Assembly (NCBI GenBank): GCA_051294905.1
Contig: CM119372.1
Location: forward strand, 1,488,001-1,552,000
Length of the DNA: 64,000 bases
Reading direction: 5' to 3'
From: Botryllus schlosseri
Lineage: Eukaryota
In this document: positions 51,915-64,000 of the stretch, in pieces
Layout: each line of letters opens with the position of its first letter
Position numbering within the stretch: position 1 is the first letter of the stretch
Translations under genes and position numbers: made by a program
Notes under the pieces: model-generated
The model's input: only the letters and a program-made list of their open reading frames with translations
What the model was told of the DNA's origin: nothing
Databases searched by the model: none

Positions 51915-53537
51915 ACCTAAATGGTGTGGGCACAGCGAGATTGAACGGCTGACTGTATTTGGTTTACGTCATACTTTCCATTTGTCCAAAGGCAATTTTA
52001 CGACCATTTTTGACCGGCTTGTCGAGCACTAAATTTGATAAAACTGGTATCAATGAGAAGCTGCCGCAGTACTGATTAATAAAATATAAATTATATTCTG
52101 CTCATGGAACTGGAACCCCCAAAATCAACCACGATTTTTGCATTGTGATCGAGTTTAACATTGTGACGCAACAAACTGTCTGGCTATTTCTGAGCTGCAT
52201 AGTCTCGTTTTGCCAGACAGTTTTGTTTCGTCAATGTTCTTAAACAAGCTAACCTTCCCAGGACGCTTCCATGCGAGTTGGTAATATTAAAGCCACCTGA
52301 AGTGACAAAAGTCCTCCGAAAATACATCGGTAGACTGAAGGAGAAATGATAGTCGGGCTACTAAATAGAATGTGTTGAGAGACAACACAGGAAACTCCTG
52401 AAAAGGATCGGGAAGAAAATTCTTTCCGCGATGAGATCGATGGCACTGGCTAAGTGATCTCTTTTCATGATGCATGGAAGCCGGTTCGGCCCTCCAAAGA
52501 TTTCGAAGCTCTGAAAACCTTTTGTGGATGACTGGCAACATTCTTTCCCTCAACGGCTACTGTTGAAGCCGATATTTCCCAGATTCGCTGGGCGAGAAAT
52601 GAATTTAGGAGGAACTTAGCTGACCTGAGTTTGGAAGCACTGTTACAGTGCAAACGATTTAAGTCTATTCAACAGCTGTAACAATCAGCTGTTGAGCGTG
52701 TTTGTTGGGCTTTTCTTTCTTTTTTTGCTTATTGGCACCGATTCCGATGGATACTGCACATTTTGTGGTTTCGTTTGATATTATTAACCTATGAAATCGT
52801 TAGGATTTTTCTTCTTCTTATTGTTTCCTGGCACTGATTATACGTGGATGCTGTTGCCCCGATTTCAATGACTTCTTTACCTCTGAATCAAAAGCGCACA
52901 AGTACAACACACGCGCGTCCACGTCGTCCAAATATCATATGATCGACCGAAAAGATCATCGCTCTATCAAATATGCCGGACCTGATGTGTGGAACAGTAT
53001 CCCGCCGGCCATCCGGCAGTCGACGAGCATGTCCACATTCAAGTCGAAATACAAGCAATTACTACTAAAGAGATACAGTCCATCCTCAAGATTACCGGAC
53101 CACGACTGACCTATCGATCTCGCTTCCCATGACATGCCGCCCTATTTCTTGTCGCTTCCTTTTTCTATACTATCTTCTTTACTTTCATTCAGTGTGCATG
53201 CCTCCTCTTTACATCGCCTCGGCCAAGGTGCTGGGTGTCCGATGCCATAGACAACTCCCAGTCGCTTCGACATCTTCTTTTCTTTTCATTGTATCGCATT
53301 TTTTGTGGTGTATTGAACTGATAAAATTGCTAATAAACCAATGATGATGATGATGATGCTGCACATTTTGTGGTGTCTTTTGACAAACTAGCCCAAATAA
53401 AGCGTTTTGTGACTAATTCGAGGCTGAAACTATCTATTTAGAGGACGATGCCAAAACTGCCAAAAATAAAAATCGAAAAATGCCAAAAATAAGTTATTTT
53501 TGGCAGTTTTGGCATATGCCAAAAATAACACGGCCTG
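51915..53537 (+). mobile_element. Defective hAT element with transposase C-terminal remnant (52248-52681)
   Basis: Right TIR ...GCCAAAAATAACACGGCCTG. Translation LPRTLPCELVILKP...IECVERQHRKL...SFHDAWK...FEALKTFCG*LATFFPSTATVEADISQIRWARNEFRRNLADLSLEALLQCKRF. Near-identical inverted copy at 59683-60790. Confidence 0.85.
52854..53354 (+). mobile_element. 5'-truncated LINE (CR1/L2-group) with (ATG)n tail
   Basis: ORF2 end HKYNTRAS...RSIKYAGPDVWNSIPPAIRQSTSMSTFKSKYKQLLL, then 3' UTR, AATAAA and ATG repeats. TSD GATGCTG (52847-52853, 53355-53361). Empty site in the 59683 copy. Confidence 0.88.
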
Positions 53538-54656
53538 GTCATATACGCAGCAAAATTCGACTGAGATGCTTTAAATCAGCAACGAAGTGACGCTCCGGCG
53601 GGTATTTCGGGAGATGAGCGGAAAGTTGACATTTTCATTTTAGTCAACCACTCGACGATGTGAGGGGAAAAACTGTATTTTGGGCACCGAGCGAGAAAGT
53701 TGACCTTTTTTGTGTGTTTTTTTTTTTAGTCAACCGACCACAGAGTGGGTAAAATTTACTATTTTTTGAGAATTCTCCTGCGGTTTTGCAAGTCTGAAAA
53801 TTCTGAAAAAGTGTCCTCTTTTTAGATTTTCAAAATATGGTAACCATAGGCAACGATATCAGGCAGATATCGTCTGGGGTTAACAGTACACTAGTAAAAG
53901 GAAAGATCTTACCGTATTGTAAACCCTCTTGCATGAACACTAGGGTTGTTCAAAATTTGGAAAATGTTTGGAATACTACATATCCATGGCTTATTCTGTA
54001 GATTAGTGTTAAAAAACAATAATGGGCCTGAAATAAGCTCGCAGGAAAGCCGGTAACATTTGTCTAAATGCGTTTGAAAGTAGCCGTCGGCGAGTGGGCG
54101 GGGCATCGATGAAGTGGGCGGGCAAACAGAAGCCAATAATCTTGATTGGTTGAGGCCGGTAATAATAAGCTACTGATTGGCTGACAGACCGACTTTGTGA
54201 ACACTGATGGTAACGATTTCTGTGTGTTGTTGCGCAGTCGTTTCTGTTGATGGCATTGCAGGCATGATATGTCGCCTTTGTTAATGTTGTCATCGAGAGT
54301 CCATAGTACAACATTGCAACCCCCTAAGTTATTATCTACCTGCAGAATGTGTATAACAGTGTTGCTATGTATTGCACAGGTGTTCTAGTAGTTGAGACAC
54401 GAATAAACTAGATGCATGCATCTTGCTGCCTTCGACCTTTCCAAAACTTACTGATAGTCAGTGAAACTCAAAAATTTCCCACCATTAGTCAACAACTCAG
54501 TAGTACTTGTTATGTCTAGTCGACGTCTCACCAATTGTCGAACGGATATTACACTTGTTATTCACGATTGAATGAAGGCAAAAAGCACTATTTACAACAG
54601 ACATTAAAAAAGTACGCTGCAGGATCAGTGTTGCATTGTCAGGCACCAGTTGCAGA

Positions 54657-55590
54657 TTACAGGCTTTTGATTAGAGTTGACTTCCTGCTGTCTCCAACTG
54701 TCTTCCTATGCTGTTCCACAGCTTGAAGCAGGCTGTCTCTTTGTTGTTCATTGTCAGTCAAGATTGCAGCATAGTCTGTGCTTAGCTTTACACCTCGTTC
54801 TGCGGTATCATTAACGACTTTGACAGAATTGATGTAGGAGCTCATTCTGGTGTAGGAATCTGATAAGTTCCAAACATCAACCAATTGAGTTAGCCACGCC
54901 CCAGAGCATTCAAAAAGATCAAGCCACGCCCCAGAGCATTCAAAAAGATTAAATATGTACCACGGCTGTGGCCCAATAAAATCAGACAAAGTAGTGTCCT
55001 TGTTGATATGTACAGTTGCACTTAGCAAGGCCGGGCCCCTTCTGAAACTTGAAGTTCGCTCTACCTGCAGGAGCGTCTTTCCCATATTTTCTCGGGTTTC
55101 AAAGCTTTCACTCGGCGAAAACAAGGCATATACAGCGGTTTCCTCCGCGTTATACCAGTCATACTTTAAAAGCTGTTACAAAGCAGCTTTGGAAACTGGT
55201 GATCATGTTCCTTGTAACTCAACATGTCCTGGGTGAATCTCAAGTCATTACCAGCTGCATCACGACAGATGCTGGAATCAACCCAAGCAGGTATATAAAA
55301 GTGAACTAAAAACAAATGGAAGCGATGCAGTAGTTCCACTTCTTCAGATTTGCAATGTAACTGATAAGCCCACATCAACATCTTATGAGCATACAAAATT
55401 GTGCCCATCCATCTTGTATGGTGTGTTGCACCAGGCTTATGATGATGTATATCTTCACCTGCACCGAGATGAGCCAGAGCAATAGTCACACATTGTCTCT
55501 AGTCATCCTTTGTGAAGAAATCTTTTCTGGTCAGTAGCAGCTTGAAGTTATCAATTGTCATTGCTGCTCGTTCTTTAAAACAATGAACAC
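54657..55590 (-). pseudogene. hAT-related (hATm-like) transposase remnant
   Basis: Motifs PGATHHTRWMGTILYAHKM and VKVVNDTAERGVKLSTDY...TDNEQQRDSLLQAVEQHRK in frameshifted ORFs 55489-55166 and 55124-54657. Confidence 0.8.
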
Positions 55591-55644
55591 TTGCTACTCG
55601 TGTCGCAATCCACTAATTACCTGACACGAACAACAGACCTCCGC

Positions 55645-56710
55645 ACTCGAGAGTAGAAGTACTTCTTCCATAAGCCACAAAAACTACTTGAAGTAGAAGT
55701 AGAATTTACCGACTTTAAATCTACTCAAGTAAGTAAGTAGTTTTGAAAACGGTCGTAATTCGTTCGCATGGACAGTCAAAAGATGCAAATTGTGCTATGC
55801 GGAAGGTGCAGAGAGCTTGATTCGTATTGATGCATCCCATGAGGTATCAATTCTTGACATCACAATAAGCATTCTTTCACATCATGGGATGCAAATTATA
55901 GTATTGATGTAAAAATGCGATACTAACCCTTTGTTTACTAGAAGACCACGTTTTAGAGAACATCATGGCAGGGCGCCATACCCCATATTATAAGGCCCTA
56001 AGTTTAGGCGAAGAGCAATACGGGAAAAATGTATCGGATACGGCTTCAGCACATTGCACGATTAGTATACGTTAGTATATTAACGTTAAATACAAATACC
56101 GCTTCTAAAAAGCGGAAAATATATAGCATGTCTTTTTTTCATAAAGCTTCAACGGTGATCTGCTAAAACAGGTGTAACGTTAAAAAAGCCGGATTGTCCA
56201 GATTAGCAGGACACGTCATGTGCTGCTAGATTACGATATGATAGGTAATTGCTAGATTGCGAAACGATAGTTTCAAACGTTATGGTTGGCCATATTTACT
56301 GTAATGAAATATTTGATATGGGCGACAATGCGGTGTGAGCGGGAAAAAGCAATCCGGTACCTAAATTATATTCACTGACACTTTCGTGAAAACACATTTG
56401 TCACTCCATAATTACTGGGCGCGAGGCGCAACAAAATTTCTGGGCTTTACTTAACTTTTATGAATATTAAATGTTGGTACTCTGTGAAAACATCCCCGAA
56501 ATTCCCTCAGGCTATATTTCGTATTGTGGGATAAAACAACTTTCATTTGACAAACTGAAATTAGCGGTAAGTAAGTAAGTAGATCACAAAATATTAGGAA
56601 GTAGAAGTAAAAGTAGAGAAAAAATATCTACTTGAGTAAGTACCGGAAGTAGAGGAAAACTACTTGAGTACTTCCAAAAAGTAGAAGTACTTCGTTACTT
56701 ACCACCTCTG
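55645..56710 (+). mobile_element. Copy of the AAGTAG-rich hAT element (5'-truncated)
   Basis: Colinear with 16160-18364 but lacking its nested insertions; right TIR ACCACCTCTG at 56710. Confidence 0.78.
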
Positions 56711-57044
56711 ACATCAAGTTCCATTCAATGACGATATGCAAACTATTAAATAATAAATATCATGATACCTACATCTGTAGCGAAGATTCGGGCAATATCT
56801 CTACGTTTTCCGGGGCATAATGCGACAAATTGTGCGGGCCAATAACGCTATAGCTAAGACCACGCATAAACCCGAGACGTGAATGTGTGGTTTGATTAAG
56901 CAAAACGTGCATGCCTCATTATTTTATCATACTGGGTGGGTATAGCCGAATTCGCCAAGGTCGAATGAACAGAGTTGTACGCGTCTTGTGGCGGCAACCA
57001 GCGTGTTGACTGCTGGATTAATAGTGGTTAGTATCATGTTTAAC

Positions 57045-57403
57045 CATTGTATTATGAATTCAATGTACACTTTACGAATTGCAATACAATGAGACGAAAC
57101 GAAGGAGTCGAAATGACTTGGTGAAGTCACACTTCCCCCTTGGCCTCAAGACAGGGATCAGATTTATTTTCGCCTGCACCATCGAGATGTCTCGACAATG
57201 GCGATGCGCTATGACATTTAAATAAGGACTTCTAGTCTGCACCACCATTTTCTTCTCCATGCTATCCGTGAATGCTGAGGGCCTAGATACTAGCCGCGGT
57301 CCGTGGATGCCAGTTCTCGGGTCTTCGGTCTGAACTGGCTGGGGATTGAATCCACGACCTGACGATCAATAAGCCGTCCGTATCACCATTACGCCATCTC
57401 GCC
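57045..57403 (-). mobile_element. tRNA-derived SINE with LINE-like 3' tail
   Basis: Head GGCGAGATGGCGTAATGG...GGATTCAATCCC. 3' end CCAAGTCATTTCGACTCCTTC...CATTGTATTGCA resembles the LINE 3' UTR. Confidence 0.65.
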
Positions 57404-57991
57404 CGAGGTTTTCATTAGCTGATAAGCAGGGACGGCTCGCGGCTAAAATGGATCTTTGCGAGATGCAAGATGCTAGGAAAGGTGAATTTACATCAGTTCT
57501 TTCATAGTTCAAGTTGCAGATTTTGAAAATTGGGTAGTTTCAGTTTTAGTTGCGCTTTTTGAAAATCCAATAGTTTGTACAAGTCTAAGTGCATCTTCGC
57601 ACTCTCTAGTAATCTTATGGTAGAGTGAGTTGTCGAGTATCAGCAAGACTCTGCAATATAAAGTCTAAACGACTTCGGAAAGGGAGATTAGTCCCTGTTC
57701 TTGTACAAGATCTGCTGATAACTGTTGGACCCCACTTCTTTGGAAGAAGGCATTAGCTGTATCTGAACGCATCACGAATATTAGCTTACGCTTCCAAATG
57801 TCTTGGTGCACAATTTGCTATTAGATTACAAACATATATACGGAGTCATCGGTAATATAAAATTAATAATGCGAGCAAACTATCATCCCAGAATCAATTT
57901 CCATGCGATGTTCCAAGATATCAGTGTGAAGCTTATATTAATCTACGAATCTCGTATTATCAGACAGTTTTCTGCGTTCTGTCGGAAATTG

Positions 57992-60900
57992 CTATTGTTC
58001 CAAATAGTATCTTCTGTAGGCGGCCATCAATGTAAAAACTAGAATGTGGAACAAGGATACTCCGGCTACCACGTACACCTGTTTCAATCATAAAAGTTTG
58101 AATATTGATGTTAAGACTCATCATACTTTTGTACACGCAGAAACACTCATCACCTCACCATTGAAAATGGAATTATCTGGAACAAATCCCCAGTCACGTG
58201 AGTCATCACAGACGTGCCAGCCCCCGACCCAGCAAAGAATATAAACATATACTTCCGTGTCATGTTAGTCACTTGATTGGACCAGACAACGCCTAAAACG
58301 TGAAACCGTTAAGCTCACTATCGCGGTGCTATGTTATTGCACAACCCGGGTGCAAAAACATAGGTATCAATGTCATTGCAAACGTTACCGCATGGCCGTA
58401 CACTGGCCACGAAGAAGCCAAACAAAAATGTGAATATCCACATCACCACTTCGTTCTCTTCTCCCCAAATACTCATAATTATCTAAAATCATAAATGAGT
58501 TAGTTAGGACTTGAAAAGAATTGTTATTCCAAAATTTATAACACCAGAACATCGGTGACGGGCTAAAGTCATCGCCGTCAAGTCATTTCAGCTTTTTGTA
58601 GTCAAGTCACGCGAATTTGCAAAGTGAATTGAGTCAAGACAGTTTACGAAATATTTTCAGTTTCATTGGCCCGACATAAGGTGCGGACACAAATGCATAT
58701 CAGAACGCATTATATCTCGTCAAACGTGATGTCATTACTCATTCCACTTCAAAATTGCATGTATACTAACACTATGAGTCATGAGTAATAGAAGTAATTA
58801 GCCGAATATGGTGATGACCGAGTATACTGTATGCTAAATAGCCTATTTGTGTGACCATAATTAAATGTAAGCGATCTTTATTGACTGAAAAGCTAAGATG
58901 GCAGTGTCGACCTCATATTTATGTAAAGGAGAAATCTGAAACAGGAATTCGTAACCAAACGTCGCCGTGATGGCCAGCATAGGACCAACTGTTCACACAA
59001 ATGTTTTAATCGACAGCCAATAAATCGAATTTTCAATGTCGTTTTACGTTTGGGGTACAAGAGTTCGATACATCTTGTCAGGGTGAAAGTTTTAATCTAT
59101 CATCTGTGCATAATATTTCAAGCCTTCCTACCGCCGATGCACTTGTCCCAGCCAAATCCAATAGAATGATCAGATTTGGCTTGAAATAACGCGACACGAG
59201 TACACCCGAAACACTGCCGACTATATTCCCGATCCAATATAGCGAGTTGAGAAACGAGGCTTTTCTCACCTGGAAATATAACCCACACGAGTGGTTGTAC
59301 TGTTCAGAGAGATGGTTTCACTGGCATAGTGATTAAGTACATAATTCGTACACATCTCTTTTTTTGTCTGTGCCATGTAGACATTTATGTGTTAGGAAAC
59401 ATACTACATAGCTAAGCGGCATCAAGTCCAACTACCGATCATTTCCAATTTGAAACTTCGACCACTCATAAAATAATAGCATCTATGGTGGAAAATTATT
59501 TCTGTTCGCCATGACCTAACATCGTGCTCCGGGCATGCCTATGACAAGAATAGTCACGCTTATTATACTATTTCCTTCTTCAGATGGGTTTTCTATACAC
59601 TAGAGTGAAAGCCACCACTAATTTATAGTCTCGGCTCTGTCATGTTTCTATGTGTCGGAGGTTTATCTGGGATCCTCATCGCCAAGCCGTGTTATTTTTG
59701 GCATATGCCAGAACTGCCGAAAATAACTTATTTTTGGCATTTTTCGATTTTTTTTGGCAGTTTTGGCATCATCCTCTAAATAGATAGTTTCAGCCTCGAA
59801 TTAGTCACAAAAACGCTTTATTTGGGCTAGTTTGTCAAAAGACACCACAAAATGTGCAGCATCCACGTATAATCAGTGCCAACAAACAATAAGAAGCAGA
59901 AAATACCTAACGATTTCATAGGTTAATAATATCAAACGAAACCACAAAATATGCAGTATCCATCGGAATCGGTGCCAATAAGCAAAAAAAAAGAAAAGCC
60001 TAACAAACACGCTCAGCAGCTGATAGTTACAGCTGTTGAATAGACTTAAATCGTTTGCAGTGCTTCCAAACTCAGGTCAGCCAAGTTCCTCCTAAATTCA
60101 TTTCTCGCCCAGCGAATCTGGGAAATATCGGCTTCAACAGTAGCCGTTGAGGAAAAGAATGTTCCCAGTCATCCACAAAAGGTTTTCAGAGCTTCGCAAT
60201 CTTTGGAGGGCCGAACCGGCTTCCATGCATCATGAAAAGAGATCACTTCGCCAGTGCCATCGATCTAATCGCGGAAAGAATTTTCTTTCCGATACTTTTC
60301 GAGGAGTTTCCTGTGTTGTCTCTCAACAAATTCAATTTAGTAGCCCGACTATCATTTCTCCTTCAGTCTACCGATAGATTTTCGGAGGACTTTTGTCACT
60401 TCAGGTGGCTTTAATATTACCAACTCGCATGGAAGAGTCCTAGGAAGGTTAGCTTGTTTAAGAACATTGACGCAACAAGACTGTCTGGCAAAACGAGACT
60501 ATGCAGCTCAGAAATAGCCAGACAGTTTGTTGCGTCACAATGTTCAACTCGATCACAATGCAAAAATCGTGGTTGATTTTGGGGGTTCCAGTTCCATGAG
60601 CAGATTATAATTTATATATATTTTATTAATCAGTACTGCGGCAGCTTCTCATTGATACCCATTTTATCAAATTTAGCGCTCGACAAGTCGGTCAAAAATG
60701 GTCGTAAAATTGCCTTTGGAGAAATGGAAAGTATGACGTAAACCAAATGCAGTCAGCCGTTCAATCTCGCTGTGCCCACACCATTTAGGACACCATGCTT
60801 TCACCCCTAATGCCCGGCACAAAAACAATTTTATTCAAATATTTGAGACTGTGTGTTTTTTTTCGTGTCAAGCGTCAATTAAATTTCCACGATGTTTATG

Positions 60901-62481
60901 GAATGCCTGCATTCAAAGTCCCGTCAAATAAGGCCTACTTGGAAATTATACATTGAATATCCCTGCTATTGATGCTGCGGCCCGCGGCGTCATCAAAAAC
61001 TAGAAAATGGACCGCGAGCACATTTGAGTTTGAGACCTCTGATTTAGGACACCAAGCTTTCACCCCTAATGGGTGGGCTGGGCCCAGATTAAGAAACCTG
61101 CCTTTCACAAACGCTCTTCTCGCTTGTAACGCGGTCCTGTCAACACAACACCATGAACGAAATACACATTGAGCAGACCGTGTTATTTTTGGCATTTTCG
61201 AATTTTTATTTTTTGGCAGTTTTGGCATCTGGCTGCTGAAATGCCAGAAATAACACGGCCTGCTCATCGCCGATCCAGCTGTAAATGCAGCGCCTCGAAA
61301 AGCCCAGAGCAAGAGAGAGCCTAACTCCTGAAAGATAGTAGCAAAAAGACCAGAAAAAAAACGCAAAACAAGCGTTAAAAGGCCCATATGAAATTTACTC
61401 TGCGGGCGCATATGACCAAGTTGTTAAAAGCGCCTATTGCGTGTACGAAATTTTGACAACTTTACTGACAAAACCACGTTAGATTGACAATAACGCCAAT
61501 AACTTAATCGCCATGTCGGAGAAATGTCGAGACAATAAATTACAGAACAAATGTTATTACAACTATCCACTGGATACCACAAGCGGGTTGTACATAATAC
61601 GCACATAATATATCTTTTAATATGTACCGGCATGTAATATTTATTGAATTTCTTGCAACAAAAAGAATTCTTCGCGTGATTTCCTGCGAATCGGTATTGC
61701 ATATCCGATGTCAATATGTTAACTACAATAGCCAATAAGCGCGACGTATAGAGAAGTCGTTGTCGTTACTGTTATGTGGCTTGAACAAAAATTGGTTCGG
61801 ATTATAAATTTTCCCGACATTCGTTTCTCTATGGTAAACACAGTCCAAGTCCAATGGTATGTCTTAGTGTAGCGCTGTGCAATGAACGGCTAGGCTACCG
61901 TAATATGATACACTGGGATTTCGAGGCCAGCCATTTCCGCGCCAGAGTGTGGTTCAAAAATGATAGGCTGCTAAGATCTTGGTAGAAATTGAGTGTCTCT
62001 TGTTGGCCAAACATTCGATATTGATTTGTCTGTTCGTCAAAATGGTTTACACCGAATTGCCCGTCTTTGCGATCTGAGTAGACAGGGGAACACAATGCAC
62101 CCTAATTTTAATTCGTGTGCGTCAGGCATATTTGCGTTTCGTACAGCTGTTGTCTGCTCGTTCTAGCTTATACTAATGTTAAAAGTGAATTCTCTTTGAG
62201 GTGGGAGGCTTGGGTCGCGAGATGCAATTCAAACTCAGATGTGGGTCGCGGTCTAAAAAGTTTAGGAGCCACTGAAATATACCGACGAACATGCTTTGCT
62301 ATCAAGAATACATTATGTTCGACATGTAGCCTGGCACTCACATTCATGTCCAACGTTGAACATACTGCTGTAGAGTAAATGAAGGATTGAAAAACCATCA
62401 GGTTTGATACGCAGAACATATACATGAAAATGAGTATGAAAAGCACCCAAACTTCCTTGATTGGTCGCTCTTGTGGGGCCT
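57992..62481 (-). CDS. MFSD4: MFSD4/NaGLT1-like MFS transporter, copy D (C-terminal 5 exons; 5' part probably beyond window end)
   Basis: Exons 62481-62342, 59269-59132, 58482-58389, 58292-58159 and 58078-57992, with intact splice sites and open frames (EAPQERPIKEVW...; VRKASFLNSLYW...; IIMSIWGEENE...; GVVWSNQVTNM...; VYVVAG...RRYYLEQ*). Inverted close paralog of copy C. Confidence 0.87.
59683..61262 (-). mobile_element. Defective hAT element with both TIRs, inserted into a SINE in an intron of copy D
   Basis: TIR CAAGCCGTGTTATTTTTGGCA...TGCCAGAAATAACACGGCCTG, perfect TSD CTCATCGC (59675-59682, 61263-61270). The host SINE is uninterrupted in copy C (~46895-46910). Confidence 0.9.
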
Positions 62482-64000
62482 CTGAAAGAGAGTTGCAGAA
62501 CAGGAACATTTTCAGATTTTCCAGACTAGATAAGAATTAGAATTGAAATTGCTGAATTCGCAAAAACTAGAAAATTGATATAAATACCGAATTAAAAGAT
62601 GTACAGCATTATACAAGTTCAGCTCATATCAAATCAAAGTTCATTATCATAAGCATTAGAATGGAAACTGTCTGTATATCAGGTTTGGATCGTTCCGCAC
62701 TAAACAGTTCTCCTGCTGTAGCATTTTTGGGAAAAGAAGACATTCAAATAGAATTGAAATGAGAGCATTGATGTATTTCACTAGATTGGAACTAGATTAC
62801 CGGCAATTCGCGCTAATTATTCTCATAAGATTGCTAGAATTATATCTATGTGTTCAAGTGTAATGTCATGGAACCGGAACCGGAACCGGAACCCAAAGGC
62901 TATAACGCGGGCGTCAAACATACGGCGCACGAAGCAATTTCGAGTGGATTGATTCAGCACATTTCAAAGAAACGTTAAGATTTTTACTAAGAAATACTTC
63001 AATTAAATAATCCCTCAAGATAGCAGATGTCGCGTATATTCAGGGATCACATTATAACCACCAGACTGCGGAGTTGCGGTTTATAGTCACCATTAGGAAC
63101 AAGTCGCTGACATCGACACCCAATTACGAGAACGCAATAAATTGCATATTGACATCAGGGTTCTATGACAAATTGATAAAAAAATCGTGTAATTGACATA
63201 AGCGAAAACGCCAATCCGAAACCCTTATATGCAAGTTACATAGAGAATAAACTGAAATATACGTGGTCGCACTAATGCTTCCCTTCTGATTCGCCCGAAT
63301 CACAATATAATATCAATGAACATGAAGATAATTCCAACGTTCGTGTTGCAGCTGAAACTCTTTCATTTCTTAAAACGCATACGCAGGTTAGACGCCATTA
63401 TACGACTAAAACAAAGAAAGCATAGAAATATGCCAAGTTATATCGTCGTTGGAGTCACTGTTGTCTCGGTTTATAACTGTTTTTTAGCCGCCCAATCATC
63501 GCATTATTGCCAATTTCATTGTTTTCGAATAAAGGTTGCCAGAATTAAACTCCTATGACATGTAATATGTAATATAATCAGGGTTGCCATCGACATGGAC
63601 CCAAAAATAAGGACAGTCAAAATTTAGATTGGCATGAAAAAGCGTTTTTGTACATACGTTGTATTTATTCGAGCCGTGGCATATCACATTCCATACTTTT
63701 CGCCAGAAACAATCCAGCAACACCTTGTTATTAGAAAGTGCTTCATGGATCTCACGACAGCTTATAGGTCTAGGTTTACTTGAGCCGAAACAGCACTTCA
63801 CCCCCCCCCCCCTCCATAGGGTGATAAACCAACGTTCTTCACCTCGTTGTGATAAGAGGCGTCAACAAAGATGGAAAAATGCCGTACACCAAGTTTAGAC
63901 AAATTCATTTTTGGGCGCATGGAGCAAGAACCCCACTACAATGCTTGTACTCTTGGTCCTGGCCGGGGAAAACTTATTTGCGACGTTGGAGTCAGGGAAT

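Overview
Eukaryotic (invertebrate) genomic DNA, AT-rich and intron-containing. An ascidian/tunicate origin is plausible but only inferred. Most entries in the six-frame ORF track are spurious. I reconstructed the real genes by hand from GT-AG splice sites, reading phase and paralog comparison. (1) A cluster of MFSD4/NaGLT1-like major facilitator superfamily transporter genes: copy A (+, last 5 exons, 5482-8737), an orphan 2-exon copy B (+, 28011-28297), a complete 12-exon copy C (+, 29964-48601, ~448 aa) and copy D (-, last 5 exons, 62481-57992). C and D form a tail-to-tail inverted duplication. (2) A 3-exon secreted EPN-type C-type lectin gene (-, 15173-13293, 160 aa). Most of the remainder is a dense, nested transposon landscape: hAT MITEs with 8-bp target-site duplications (TSDs), two ~600-bp foldback palindromes, CACTA/EnSpm-type elements, tRNA-derived SINEs with a shared core, and LINE and Gypsy remnants. 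It also holds a Penelope-like remnant with a GIY-YIG fossil and a minimal hammerhead ribozyme, and a hAT transposase relic resembling a family I recall from oomycetes and bryophytes. No CRISPR arrays, rRNA or true tRNA genes were found.
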